Shown here one piece after another: positions 43,056 through 53,103 of a DNA stretch of 64,000 bases. The DNA is from an uncultured Armatimonadetes bacterium (GTDB lineage: Bacteria > Armatimonadota > UBA5829 > DTJY01). Where the stretch lies: assembly GCA_963717145.1 (NCBI GenBank), contig OY970325.1:1984001-2048000 (forward strand). The letters are read 5' to 3'. How positions within the stretch are numbered: the first letter of the stretch is position 1; each line of letters starts with the position of its first letter. The position numbers were made by a program, and so were the translations under genes. A model generated the notes under the pieces. That model was given only the letters and a program-made list of their open reading frames with translations, was not told where the DNA came from and searched no databases.

Positions 43056-43625
43056 CTATTCGAAGTATGGTCTAAGCTTTTCCCGGAGTAGTTTCCTACC
43101 CCGATGTAGCCTGGAGCGAACTGTGCCGATCGAGCAACCCATTACCTCGCTGATCTCTTCGTATGAGAGACCTTCGATGTCGCAGAGGATCACCGTCAGC
43201 CGGAAATCCTCAGACAAAGTATTGAGGGCGGCCTGCATCTCGGCATCAAGCTCGTAGGAAAGAGTGATGGCTTCCGGGCCCTCGGCGGTATCGGCGATAT
43301 CGAGTGTCGTCTCGCCTTCTTCCAGCCGAATGGGCTCGTCCAGCGACCTGATATGCGCCTTCGGTCGTCTGCGCAACCAGTCAACAAAGATGTTCGACAT
43401 GATGCGGTACAACCAGTTCTCGAAGGGCATCGAGCGGTTGTAGTTGCCAAAGAACCTGTATGCCTTCACAAAAGCATCCTGAACGAGGTCCTCCGCATCC
43501 GCATGGTTACCGGTTATCCGATAGGCGACGTTGTAAGCCTGCTTGTGATGCCGGCTTACCAGATCGTCAAACACCTTTCGATCTTCGTTCTGAACAGCCA
43601 CTGTGGCCGTGTCACTGAACTCCAT
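43056..43625 (-). CDS. ECF RNA polymerase sigma factor (RpoE-like)
   Basis: DAEDLVQDAF, WLYRI, GLSYEEI, GTVRSRLHRGR. Confidence 0.95.
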   Translation of the reverse strand: MEFSDTATVAVQNEDRKVFDDLVSRHHKQAYNVAYRITGNHADAEDLVQDAFVKAYRFFGNYNRSMPFENWLYRIMSNIFVDWLRRRPKAHIRSLDEPIRLEEGETTLDIADTAEGPEAITLSYELDAEMQAALNTLSEDFRLTVILCDIEGLSYEEISEVMGCSIGTVRSRLHRGRKLLREKLRPYFE

Positions 43626-43703
43626 CGTCTTTCCCTCACCGTGCTATAATACGGCAATCGCCGCCAAAAAGTTCCTGAGTCGGACTCTGATCCGACACTG
43701 GTA

Positions 43704-43811
43704 ATTATACCAGATTTTGCCCGTTTTGGCAAGCGTCAATATACGTTCGTGGAATTGGGTACGGGATGGAGGCTGCCGGATTTGACGGGGATCCCGATGC
43801 ACCCTTATAAT
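43704..43811. promoter_or_regulatory. Divergent sigma70 promoters
   Basis: Minus strand TTGCCA-17-TATAAT (43732-43704); plus strand TTGACG-18-TATAAT (43782-43811). Confidence 0.6.
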
Positions 43812-43864
43812 CGGACATGCGGCATTGGCCGGCGCCAACCTGGCGCACGGCTCCGGAGCGAACG

Positions 43865-44635
43865 GTGTCTAACAACCTATCGAATAACCAGTCGGCCCCG
43901 CACCTTTCCATTGTGATTCCCGTCTACAATGAGGAGCATCGACTGCACGACTCGCTCGTGCAGATCGCCGACTACCTCCGCAAGCAGCCCTACACCTATG
44001 ACGTTATCGTCTCGGATGACGGGAGCAATGACTCGACTGTGAACCTGGCTGAGAGCTTCGCCACAGACCACCCGTGGCTCAGGACGATCCATCACCCGGA
44101 CAACCATGGCAAAGGCATGGCGGTCCGGCGAGGTATGATGGAGGCGTCAGGCGACTACATCCTCATGTGCGATGCGGACCTCGCGACACCCATCGAGGAG
44201 TTGGATGGCTTTTGGCCGCACATCGAGGAGGGCGCGGACATCGTGATCGCTTCCAGACCGCTCAGAGGGTCGCACCTCGTCCGCCGACAACCGATCTACC
44301 GGGAGCTGGCCGGTCGGATGCTGAACCTCCTGGTGCGGATCGTTGCCGTGCCGGGGATCCGTGACACCCAATGCGGGTTCAAGCTGTTCCGGCGTGACGT
44401 CGCTCACCAATTGTTCTCGATGAGCGTGCGCGAGGGCTGGGATTTCGACATCGAGATCCTGTACCTGGCTCGTCGGCTCGGCTACCGGGTTGTCGAGGTT
44501 CCCGTGCACTGGTACCATCGCGAAGGGTCGAAGGTGAACTTCCTTCGAGACGGGATTAGAATGGTGATCGGGCTTTTCCAGATCCGAAGCCGCCATCTGA
44601 GGACTAAGGGGACTGTGCGCCATGCAGACCGCTGA
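43865..44635 (+). CDS. GT2, dolichyl/polyprenyl-phosphate glycosyltransferase-like
   Basis: SIVIPVYNE, DDGS, NHGKG, DADL, DTQCGFKLF; GTG start with GGAG RBS. Confidence 0.9.
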   Translation: MSNNLSNNQSAPHLSIVIPVYNEEHRLHDSLVQIADYLRKQPYTYDVIVSDDGSNDSTVNLAESFATDHPWLRTIHHPDNHGKGMAVRRGMMEASGDYILMCDADLATPIEELDGFWPHIEEGADIVIASRPLRGSHLVRRQPIYRELAGRMLNLLVRIVAVPGIRDTQCGFKLFRRDVAHQLFSMSVREGWDFDIEILYLARRLGYRVVEVPVHWYHREGSKVNFLRDGIRMVIGLFQIRSRHLRTKGTVRHADR

Positions 44636-45386
44636 GTTCGCGAAGATGCGCGCGCTTGGGGGGACTCACTGGTGGTTTCTTGGAAGAAAGCACCTTCTCC
44701 GCGCGCTGCTCGGACCGATCATCGGCCCGGATGCGTTGATCCTGGATGCGGGATGTGGCACTGGTCTGGCCGGGGGTGTGCTCCTGGGCCTGGGTACCGT
44801 CATCGGACTCGACATCGCTCCTGAGGCGCTGTGCGATCGAGCACCGGGGAGTGCGGAATCCCTCTGCCTGGCATCGGTTAACCCCGCCCCGTTTGCCGAC
44901 GAGACGTTCGACCTCGTCGTCGCGCTCGATATCATCGAGCACATCGAGGATGATTCCGCCGTCCTGAACGAGTTCTACCGGATCTGCAAGCCGGGCGGCC
45001 GGGTGCTGCTCACCGTCCCCGCGTACGGCTGGATGTACAGCGCTCACGATGAAGCGCTCGGGCATTTCCGCCGGTACACGGCCTCAGAGGTCGGGCGACT
45101 CATGGAGGATGCGGGGTTCCGGCTCGTCAAGGTTTCGCACTGCGTCACGGCTCCGTTTGCGGCGGCGGCGGGGTTTCGGTTCATCCGCCGGGTGGTGCGG
45201 AGCCGTGGAGGCAGCGATCTGTTCGAAGTCCCGAGGCCCCTCAACTCCATCCTGACCGGGATCATGAGAGTCGAGGCTGCGCTGTTGAGGCACATGAACC
45301 TGCCGTTCGGACTCTCGATCGTGGCGATAGGAAAGAAGGGTCAAGGGATACGTACTCGTCCTCGCACTCGGCATCTTGATGGCTGA
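44622..45386 (+). CDS. Class I SAM-dependent methyltransferase
   Basis: HWWF, LDAGCGTG, DIIEH, KPGG, HFRRY. Confidence 0.9.
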   Translation: MQTAEFAKMRALGGTHWWFLGRKHLLRALLGPIIGPDALILDAGCGTGLAGGVLLGLGTVIGLDIAPEALCDRAPGSAESLCLASVNPAPFADETFDLVVALDIIEHIEDDSAVLNEFYRICKPGGRVLLTVPAYGWMYSAHDEALGHFRRYTASEVGRLMEDAGFRLVKVSHCVTAPFAAAAGFRFIRRVVRSRGGSDLFEVPRPLNSILTGIMRVEAALLRHMNLPFGLSIVAIGKKGQGIRTRPRTRHLDG

Positions 45387-46287
45387 TCTACAAATGCTCA
45401 CGACCACAGATATCCTCCGCGCCGGCGCGGGGCTGCTCGGAATCGGAACGATCGTCTACGCATGGGCCATCGAGCCCTACCACATCCAGGTGACCGAGCG
45501 AACAATCGGCATGCCCGAACTGCCCGACTCGCTCGACGGCCTCACGATCTGCCACCTCTCCGACCTTCACGTCGGTGACTTCCGACGCATCGAGAAAGCA
45601 CTGGTACGCAAGCTGTCCGGCAGGGAGGTCGATCTCTGCGTGATAACCGGCGACCTGGTCTCCTGCCCTCAGGGCATGAAGCATGTGGGCCGCATCCTCT
45701 CCCATCTCAAGTCACATCACGGGTTCTACGCGGTATTCGGCAACTCGGAGCATGAGTCATGGACCCCGGGTGTACCGATAGCGGAGGAACTCGAGGCGGA
45801 AGGCATCCGTGTACTCATCAATCAGGGCCGGCGCGTGACCATCAACGGCAGCGAGGTCCTGATCGGCGGCGTGGACGATCCTTACCTCGGGCGTGCGGAA
45901 CCGGATCGGGCGCTGGCCGGATCTGCACCCCTTACGATCCTACTCGCCCATTCGCCCGACATCGTGAGGGATCTGGGCGATGAGATGCCGGACCTGATCC
46001 TCTCCGGTCACACCCATGGCGGACAGATATGCCTTCCGTTCCTCGGGGCACTCTGGCTTCACTGCCGACATCCGAAGCTCGGCATCCGCAACGGATACTA
46101 CGGGCCGGATGAGCTGTCCCGGATCGCACGAAGGGGCCTCGGTCGCACTCAGATGTACGTCTCGAGGGGACTCGGCGGGAGCGGCATCCGCGCTCGATTC
46201 CTGTGCCGGCCGGAAGTCGCGTTTCTTACGTTGCGGAAGAAAGAGATCGAAACCGGTAGTAGTGCCTGTTCAGCCTCTGCAGTTTGA
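45376..46287 (+). CDS. Metallophosphoesterase (YkuE-like)
   Basis: SDLH, TGD, GNSE, AHSPD, SGHTHGGQ. Confidence 0.9.
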   Translation: MMADLQMLTTTDILRAGAGLLGIGTIVYAWAIEPYHIQVTERTIGMPELPDSLDGLTICHLSDLHVGDFRRIEKALVRKLSGREVDLCVITGDLVSCPQGMKHVGRILSHLKSHHGFYAVFGNSEHESWTPGVPIAEELEAEGIRVLINQGRRVTINGSEVLIGGVDDPYLGRAEPDRALAGSAPLTILLAHSPDIVRDLGDEMPDLILSGHTHGGQICLPFLGALWLHCRHPKLGIRNGYYGPDELSRIARRGLGRTQMYVSRGLGGSGIRARFLCRPEVAFLTLRKKEIETGSSACSASAV

Positions 46288-46313
46288 CAAACCCTCCGAC
46301 CTCCACGTATAAT
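46284..46313 (+). promoter_or_regulatory. sigma70 promoter
   Basis: TTGACA-18-TATAAT. Confidence 0.65.
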
Positions 46314-46374
46314 CTGCACAATCGGACCAGCCGCCATTGCCATGGATGCCCTGGCCACACGTGGAGGTCACACT

Positions 46375-46941
46375 ATGAGAAAAATCCTACTTACCGCATT
46401 CGCAGCAAGTCTGCTCCTAGTCCCGGCACTTCAATCGAGCGCGCAGTACGGCGACGAGCCGACACCAAAGCTCTCAGTAAAGCTCGGAGTGTACAGGCCC
46501 TTCGGAACTAAGTTTCAGGACAACATCAAGAGTCTTTGGAAGAATATGGGGGTCGAGTACGCCGTCAGGTCGGATGAGTTCGAAAGGCCGAGCCAAGTCG
46601 CCAGCGTAATGGCAACCAGCAGCCAGAGCGACCTCGTTGAGGCCTCCATGGTTTCCCTGCAGTACGAGAAGCGCTGGTACACCAACCAGAAGGAAGGTGG
46701 GAGTTCGCTGTACTACGCAGGTGGGTTGGGCTACTACCTGCTCAAGACGAAGAGCCGCGATACGCTGTTCCTGCCCTTTGAGAGTCGCAGTGGCGGGAAG
46801 TTGGGCGTTACCGCGGCCCTGGGATACCAGTACCAGGAGTCCGGATTCGCCGAAGTTCGGTTCAACTACTCGGGCGAACTCAGCAACGGACTCGACTTCA
46901 GCGGAGTCGGCTTCAACCTGGGGATGAGGATAGCGCTGTAG
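46375..46941 (+). CDS. Putative outer-membrane beta-barrel protein
   Basis: GGAGG RBS, signal peptide, alternating beta strands YYAGGLGYY and GFNLGMRI. Confidence 0.7.
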   Translation: MRKILLTAFAASLLLVPALQSSAQYGDEPTPKLSVKLGVYRPFGTKFQDNIKSLWKNMGVEYAVRSDEFERPSQVASVMATSSQSDLVEASMVSLQYEKRWYTNQKEGGSSLYYAGGLGYYLLKTKSRDTLFLPFESRSGGKLGVTAALGYQYQESGFAEVRFNYSGELSNGLDFSGVGFNLGMRIAL

Positions 46942-46960
46942 GAGCAGGCTGGGCCGTCTC

Positions 46961-48457
46961 CTACTCCTCCGCAAGTCTCATTGCGAGCATGGCGAGCGTC
47001 CTCACCGCCACGCCGGTGGCTCCAGCCGAACGATAGGGCGTCTCCTTGGACGTATCGGCGGGGCCCGCGATGTCCATATGCACCCAGGGGGTGTCATCCG
47101 CGAACTGCTTCAGGAACAGGCCGCCGGTGAGCGCCCCACCCCATCTCTCGCCGCAGTTCTTGAGGTCAGCGTATTCGCTCTTTAGCTGATCCATGTACTC
47201 CGGCGGAAGCGGAAGCTCCCACACCTTCTCCCCGGCCGCCGCCGCTGCCTCCTGGACCGAACTCACCATCGCGGGGTCATTGCCCATGATACCCGTGTAG
47301 TCATTCCCGAGCGCGACGACGCAGGCGCCCGTGAGTGTCGCCACGTCGACCATCATGTCGGCGCCGAGTTCCCTGGCATAGGTCATGGCGTCGGACAGGA
47401 TCATCCGGCCCTCGGCATCGGTGGTGATGATTTCGACAGTCTTCCCGGCTTTCGTCCGGATCACATCCCCCGGCTTGTACGCAGCGCCACCCGGCAGATT
47501 CTCGCTCGCGGGCACGACGCCGATGACGTTGATGGCCGGCTTGAGTTCGGCGATTGCCCGCATCGCCTGGATGACCGCTGCGCCGCCACTCATGTCGAAC
47601 TTCATGTCCGGCATGCCGTCGCTCGGCTTGATGGAGATTCCGCCGCTGTCGAAGGTGAGTCCCTTGCCCACCAGCGCCAGAGTCCGAGTCGCGCCCTCTG
47701 CCTTGTACTTCATCACGATGAGCTGAGGAGGCTGAGCGCTTCCGGACGAAACCGCCAGGAGGGCGCTCATGCCCTGGTCGCTCATCCAGTCCCTGTCGTG
47801 TGCCTCGAACTCGAGCCCGAAGGTTTCGGCGACCTGACGCGCTCGTTCGGCCAGAATCGTGGGCGTCATCTTGTTCGCGGGCTCATTTCCGAGCGCGCGA
47901 GCGTCGTTTGTCGCCTTGCCGAGGACGACGCCGACGCGAACTCCGGCCTGGATGATCGGTATCTTGTCAGCGTCACGCTCAACGACTGTGACCGCCTTGA
48001 ATGCACAGGGGTCCTTCTCGGTCTTGTGCAGATCCGGGTCGTAGTGTGCGATGATGCTTCCCTCCGCGAGGGCCTGAGCAGCATACTCCACGGCGAGTCC
48101 ACCAATCCCTGCGCCGTGGACGATCGTAGTCACCTCGCAGATGCCTCTCTTGCGCAGGAACCTGACGGCTGCGCCGGCAACTCGTTGGGCGGCCACCAGA
48201 TCGAACTCCGACGCCTTACCGAGGCCGACGACGAGCACTCGCTTCGGGGCGATCTTGCCGGAAGTATGAATGAGTGTGGTCTCGTTGCTCTTTCCCTTGA
48301 TCTCACCGCAGGCGATCAGGTCGGAGATCATGCCGCCGAGCGCCGAGTCGACCGCGCCGGTCGCTCCTCCGGGCGATGTGACTCCTTCGAACAGATTGAC
48401 AACGAGCGCATCGCTCGGCACTTCGGTGATCGAACCCTGAATGACACGAATCTCCAA
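46961..48457 (-). CDS. pepA: Leucyl aminopeptidase (M17)
   Basis: VGKGLTFDSGG, MKFDMSG, TDAEGR, ATLTGA. Confidence 0.95.
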   Translation of the reverse strand: MEIRVIQGSITEVPSDALVVNLFEGVTSPGGATGAVDSALGGMISDLIACGEIKGKSNETTLIHTSGKIAPKRVLVVGLGKASEFDLVAAQRVAGAAVRFLRKRGICEVTTIVHGAGIGGLAVEYAAQALAEGSIIAHYDPDLHKTEKDPCAFKAVTVVERDADKIPIIQAGVRVGVVLGKATNDARALGNEPANKMTPTILAERARQVAETFGLEFEAHDRDWMSDQGMSALLAVSSGSAQPPQLIVMKYKAEGATRTLALVGKGLTFDSGGISIKPSDGMPDMKFDMSGGAAVIQAMRAIAELKPAINVIGVVPASENLPGGAAYKPGDVIRTKAGKTVEIITTDAEGRMILSDAMTYARELGADMMVDVATLTGACVVALGNDYTGIMGNDPAMVSSVQEAAAAAGEKVWELPLPPEYMDQLKSEYADLKNCGERWGGALTGGLFLKQFADDTPWVHMDIAGPADTSKETPYRSAGATGVAVRTLAMLAMRLAEE

Positions 48458-48501
48458 TTTCAGCTCCTCTGCTTATGTCTTTGGTTACCAACAAACGCGA
48501 T

Positions 48502-48533
48502 GCCCTGACGACTCCTGTCGTCAGGGCGACTAC
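48502..48533. repeat. Single REP-like palindrome
   Basis: GCCCTGACGAC-TCCT-GTCGTCAGGGC perfect stem followed by GACTAC (GTAG on the minus strand). Confidence 0.5.
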
Positions 48534-48579
48534 CGACCGCGATCCCTCGTATCCGCCCGCCCACCCACAGAGGGTGCGG

Positions 48580-49731
48580 CTAGAGGCTGCAGAGCTTCAC
48601 CAACAGCATCTCGAAGCTCAGACGGTTCGACGCCGTCTCAGCACCGAGGCCCTTGGTGGCAAGCTCGCATTCCAACACGCCCTGCAGACACCGCCTGAGT
48701 TGGGCGGTCGAGAAGTATCCAACCTGCTCAAACAGCTTCTTCCGCTGCCAATCGGTCAGCGATAGCACGCTTGATTCGTTAGGCAGAAGCTGCTCGATCT
48801 CCTCCGGGACCGCGTTCAACTGTCGGACCCCGGATTCCCTGAGAAACCTGAGCTGATACAACAGCCGAAAGTGTCTTGCCATCAACGCGAGGATGCGGTG
48901 TACCTCGTTCTCCGGCTTGGGGCTCGCGGCCAGGGTCTCGTCGAGCAGGCGCATCGCCTCGCCGGTCTTCTTACCCCCGATGGCATCGATCAGCGCGAAT
49001 ACACGATCCTCAGCCGACCTCGAGGCCACAGCTTCGACGTCCCTGAAGGTGATCTCGTCCGAATCGCCGACGTACGTCGCGAGCTTCTCGATCTCCCGCT
49101 CGAGGAAGACCGCATTCCCCTCCACCGAACGGCTCAGGATCGCCGCCGACCTCGGATCCAGCCTCTTGCCGAGCTTTCTCGCCTGCGTGACGGCCACCTG
49201 CCCCAGCGCATCGGACTTCATCTTCGCGAAGTTGACCAAGTCGCCATGCGCCTTGACGGCCTTCTGAAGAACGGGACTCAGGCCTTTCCTGCGTTTCTTC
49301 TCCTCGGGCTCCTCCTCGGTCTCCTCGTCTGTCTCCGGCGGCTTTGACTGCGGCTGCTTCGCGCGGGAGGTCTTGTCTTCGCCGGCTAGGAGGATCAGGC
49401 AGCTTAGGGACGGCAGCTTCGGGAGGAATGACGCGATCTTCTCCTGATCGTCCTGACTGAGACGATCCGCGCGCTCCACGACCACGACTTTTCGCTCGGA
49501 CATGAAGGGCGCGGTGGTGACAGAGGACAGAATAGCCGATGCAGCCGTGTCATCGCCGTCGACCTTCTCGAGGTCGAATCCTTCCGAAGTCGGGTCTACC
49601 ATCTTGCCGATCAGTGCCTCTACGGCGTCGCGACGCCGGATGTCCGATTCGCCGGTGTAGAGGTAGACTCTCGATATGCTCTCGACACCGCGACTTGCAG
49701 TCTTATTGGCCACTCGTTTCTCCGGTTTCAC
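48580..49731 (-). CDS. holA: DNA polymerase III delta subunit
   Basis: VYLYTGE, PFMSERKVVVV, EIEKLATY, VFALIDAI. Confidence 0.88.
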   Translation of the reverse strand: MKPEKRVANKTASRGVESISRVYLYTGESDIRRRDAVEALIGKMVDPTSEGFDLEKVDGDDTAASAILSSVTTAPFMSERKVVVVERADRLSQDDQEKIASFLPKLPSLSCLILLAGEDKTSRAKQPQSKPPETDEETEEEPEEKKRRKGLSPVLQKAVKAHGDLVNFAKMKSDALGQVAVTQARKLGKRLDPRSAAILSRSVEGNAVFLEREIEKLATYVGDSDEITFRDVEAVASRSAEDRVFALIDAIGGKKTGEAMRLLDETLAASPKPENEVHRILALMARHFRLLYQLRFLRESGVRQLNAVPEEIEQLLPNESSVLSLTDWQRKKLFEQVGYFSTAQLRRCLQGVLECELATKGLGAETASNRLSFEMLLVKLCSL

Positions 49732-51802
49732 TGAGAAGTCTGCGCTTTGCAGCCCGACGCGCCTCTCGAATCAGGTCGGCGAGCTTCGACGCGGTTGATG
49801 CTTCGCGCTCCTGGGACAGACGCCGACCTGCATATCGAGCCTCGATGAAGTCATCCGTCACCGCGCGGACAGACGGCATGAGGCTCGAGCAGTTCGTTCG
49901 CAGCACACTCTCGAGCCCAAGACAATACTCGATCGGGGTCATCGATGCGGACCGCGGATACCCAAGGCGAGCAAAGGCAGCACACATCCTGCGATAGTTG
50001 TCGCCGGCGCGACCTGCAGTTGCCGATACCCTGGGCAGCCCTCTTCGGACCCGCAGCCGGTCGATGATCTCGACCTTCAGCAGGTAACCAAACAGGCAGA
50101 ACAGCAGCGCAAGCATCCAGAACGAGTCGCCCCATGTGGCAAACGTCGTCCACACACTGCGCCAGGTCGCTCGCAGGCGATCCGTCAAGCTGTCGCCGGC
50201 CTCCTGTGGAGCGGGGTCGAACGCGATCCACCCATAGCCAGGGAAATAGACTTCCACCCATGCGTGCCTGTCTCGCTGTCTCACATGGTAGAGGCGATCA
50301 TCGGCCCCGAGCTTCCCCGAGGCATATCCGACTGCGACCCGGCACGGGATGTCCGACATGCGGCACATGATAGCCATCGCGCTGGCGAATACGTCGCAAT
50401 ACCCTTTGCGAGATTTCAGCAGGAAGAAGATAACCGCATCTTCATCCGGCGGCACAGCGGGTGCGGCGAGATCGTAGACGTAATTCGATTCGAGATAGTT
50501 CTGGATGCCGATGACCTTGTCGTAGACAGTCGGCAGCGTTGAAACCAGTTCGTCCAGGCTGGTCTGCAATCTCCGGCAGGAATCCGGCACGTGCAGGTAC
50601 CTGGACTCCATCTCACTCGGATAGATCGTGGACGCCCGCCGAAGCTGGCGAGGGGTTGCCGTGCTCACCTGCGACACGATCACATAGGAGCCGCCGGTAC
50701 CGTACGGCAGGCGCAGACCGATCCTTCCGCCGGAATTGAGGAGCATCTGCGGCCCATGGAACCTGGCGAACACCGGTTCCGCGGCCCCACTCAGGCTGCT
50801 GATCTTCCCACCGGTGATTCTGAATACCTGTTCTACCAGCTTGACACTCTTCACTCCCTGCGATTCCTGTTCAGCCGGGATCCGGAACACAGATGGATAA
50901 GACAGTAACCTTGACCGGGGATGTCCATGTTGCGCGGTCTGGATCCCGGACAGCAGCTCCGGTTGTTCTCCGACAGGCAGAGTGCTCATCCACCCGCGAC
51001 CAGTGTACCTGTCATACACCTGCGACCGCCAGAGCAGGGCCTCACTACATGCGACCGTCATGATCTCCTTCTCGCCAAGCAGAGTAGGACCGGCGGCCAC
51101 TGCCATGAAGTCGCTCTCCAGGAATGATTCCTGCATCGAGGACGAACTGCGCCCCAGGAGCGATGGCCCGGCCGTGCGTTCGAGCACCGCCTGCATTACC
51201 CATCCCAGTGCGGCACCCACTATCAACGCCTGCAGCGTGATTGCAGCCGCCACCTTGAGATTGCCGGAGACCTTCCGGTGTTCCTCGGGAGTGGCATGAC
51301 TCAATGTGTTCTGTTGAACCAGGGCGAAACTGGCGAAGCACAGGTACATGATGAAGTACGACAACGACTGCCCGGCATCGAAAGTCGACATCAGGCCGAT
51401 GAGGCTCAGAGGAGGCACGCACATGAAGAGCACGGACCTGTCGCTCCGCAGATTGAAGCTGTACACGACCATCAGCCAGACCAGGATGACGCTGAGGACG
51501 AGGTCAGGTGAAGAGAGCGACTGCAGTGGAACGACTGTATACCTGAAAAGCGGGTTGGCAAAGACGAGTATGGTACTCGCCGTCAAGATGAGTAGCAGGA
51601 TGCCTTCAGCAACCGACCGCCTGAGTGTGCCAAATCGGACCGCCCCACTCGCGATGAAGCCGACCGCCATGAGCGCCATGGCCAACGATGCGAAACCGGC
51701 GTCGCCTATTGCGCGCCCCATCACTATCACCCCGATGGATGCCGCGGCGTATCCGGTGATGTACAACGATATGCGCCCGGGTTCGTTATGCTGCGTGCTC
51801 AT
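49703..51802 (-). CDS. Membrane transglutaminase-like protein (TgpA type)
   Basis: Multiple TM helices; GYCDVFAS, HAWVEVYFPGYGWIAFDP. Confidence 0.9.
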   Translation of the reverse strand: MSTQHNEPGRISLYITGYAAASIGVIVMGRAIGDAGFASLAMALMAVGFIASGAVRFGTLRRSVAEGILLLILTASTILVFANPLFRYTVVPLQSLSSPDLVLSVILVWLMVVYSFNLRSDRSVLFMCVPPLSLIGLMSTFDAGQSLSYFIMYLCFASFALVQQNTLSHATPEEHRKVSGNLKVAAAITLQALIVGAALGWVMQAVLERTAGPSLLGRSSSSMQESFLESDFMAVAAGPTLLGEKEIMTVACSEALLWRSQVYDRYTGRGWMSTLPVGEQPELLSGIQTAQHGHPRSRLLSYPSVFRIPAEQESQGVKSVKLVEQVFRITGGKISSLSGAAEPVFARFHGPQMLLNSGGRIGLRLPYGTGGSYVIVSQVSTATPRQLRRASTIYPSEMESRYLHVPDSCRRLQTSLDELVSTLPTVYDKVIGIQNYLESNYVYDLAAPAVPPDEDAVIFFLLKSRKGYCDVFASAMAIMCRMSDIPCRVAVGYASGKLGADDRLYHVRQRDRHAWVEVYFPGYGWIAFDPAPQEAGDSLTDRLRATWRSVWTTFATWGDSFWMLALLFCLFGYLLKVEIIDRLRVRRGLPRVSATAGRAGDNYRRMCAAFARLGYPRSASMTPIEYCLGLESVLRTNCSSLMPSVRAVTDDFIEARYAGRRLSQEREASTASKLADLIREARRAAKRRLLSETGETSGQ

Positions 51803-53045
51803 ATATTACTCTCGCCATCGGACTGCCGGTCGAACACTCCACAGTCGCCACGGAAGCGCCGGCGGCGGCCAACCCCGACGACTGGTCCTGGACTGCCGGA
51901 CTCATCTCAGGCGTGACTGAGACAATGACCGCGGCCATCCTGGACCGCCTGGATCGCAGGAACTCGGCGCTCTCGGCAAGTCCGCTGTCGGCCGCCGATG
52001 TGATGCAGACCACGACCGAGTTCCGAGGGATATCCTCCATGTGGCTCAGCAGCACGCTCGACAGAGACTCGTGCCGGTCTGCCTTCAACTGCGCAAGAGC
52101 GTGCATGATCGAATACAGATGGTCTGTACCCCTGCCCAGGAGCGCGGCGGGCCCTTCCAGACCGGCGCACATCAGCCGCACTGAACTCCCACTGGCGACC
52201 GCATCGGAGGCTATTCCGGCCGCGAGACGCACCGCATACTCCAGGGACGAGTATGCTCCGTGTCCCATCTCGGTGCCCTGCCTCAGGTCGATCGCTATCA
52301 GTGTGTCCTGGGCAAGACTGTGCTCAAACTCGATGACGTTCAGCCGGCCATGTCTGGCCGTGGATTTCCAGTACACCCGACGAAGCTCGTCCCCCGGCTG
52401 ATACTCTCGGACACCGTGGAAGTCGATGCCGCTTCCCTTCGAGCCGCTGCCGTCGAACAGGTAGTCCCCGAACTCCCCTCCAGTGATCGACCGAAGCTCC
52501 GGTAGGTGGATAGGCATCGGGAAAACTATGACCCGTGACAGGATCGGGTAACTGCTGTGGAACTCGAACAATCCCAGCGGGTCGGTCGCGCGCACGCGGA
52601 CCGGTCCGATGAGGTGGTCTCCACGCTTAGTCGGAACGACCTCGTAGCTGAATACGACTCCATCGGCGGTGACGTTCCGTTCCGGCGAACCGGTAGCAGT
52701 TGCGAGTTCCAACAATGCCGATCCACGGCGTCTTCCAGCTTCCTCATCGCCGGCATTGGCAATCCACTGCGGCAAGGTATCCTCCACCCCGATGGGACCC
52801 AGCAGTCGTGAGCGCCCCTTCACGCATACGCTCACGTTCAGCAATTCGCCCTCGGTGGCGAACTCCGGGGCTTCGCGGGAGCAATGGAGGCTTTTCAGGG
52901 CAAATCGGCCCAAGACATACGAAACCAGCGGAATCGAGACGAGCGCAGCCGACATGAAGTAGAGCTGGCTCATTCTCATTGCGAGCGATACTGCCAGAAG
53001 GAACAACGCCGCCATTATGATTGTCAGCAGCTTCGTGTGTGTCAT
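51786..53045 (-). CDS. DUF58 domain protein
   Basis: DPLGLF, VREYQPGDELRRVYWKSTAR. Confidence 0.9.
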   Translation of the reverse strand: MTHTKLLTIIMAALFLLAVSLAMRMSQLYFMSAALVSIPLVSYVLGRFALKSLHCSREAPEFATEGELLNVSVCVKGRSRLLGPIGVEDTLPQWIANAGDEEAGRRRGSALLELATATGSPERNVTADGVVFSYEVVPTKRGDHLIGPVRVRATDPLGLFEFHSSYPILSRVIVFPMPIHLPELRSITGGEFGDYLFDGSGSKGSGIDFHGVREYQPGDELRRVYWKSTARHGRLNVIEFEHSLAQDTLIAIDLRQGTEMGHGAYSSLEYAVRLAAGIASDAVASGSSVRLMCAGLEGPAALLGRGTDHLYSIMHALAQLKADRHESLSSVLLSHMEDIPRNSVVVCITSAADSGLAESAEFLRSRRSRMAAVIVSVTPEMSPAVQDQSSGLAAAGASVATVECSTGSPMARVIYEHAA

Positions 53046-53103
53046 TGTAGCCTAGAACCGAACACCCGGTCTTTGTACTCTGTACTTCCTACTCCTGACT
53101 TCC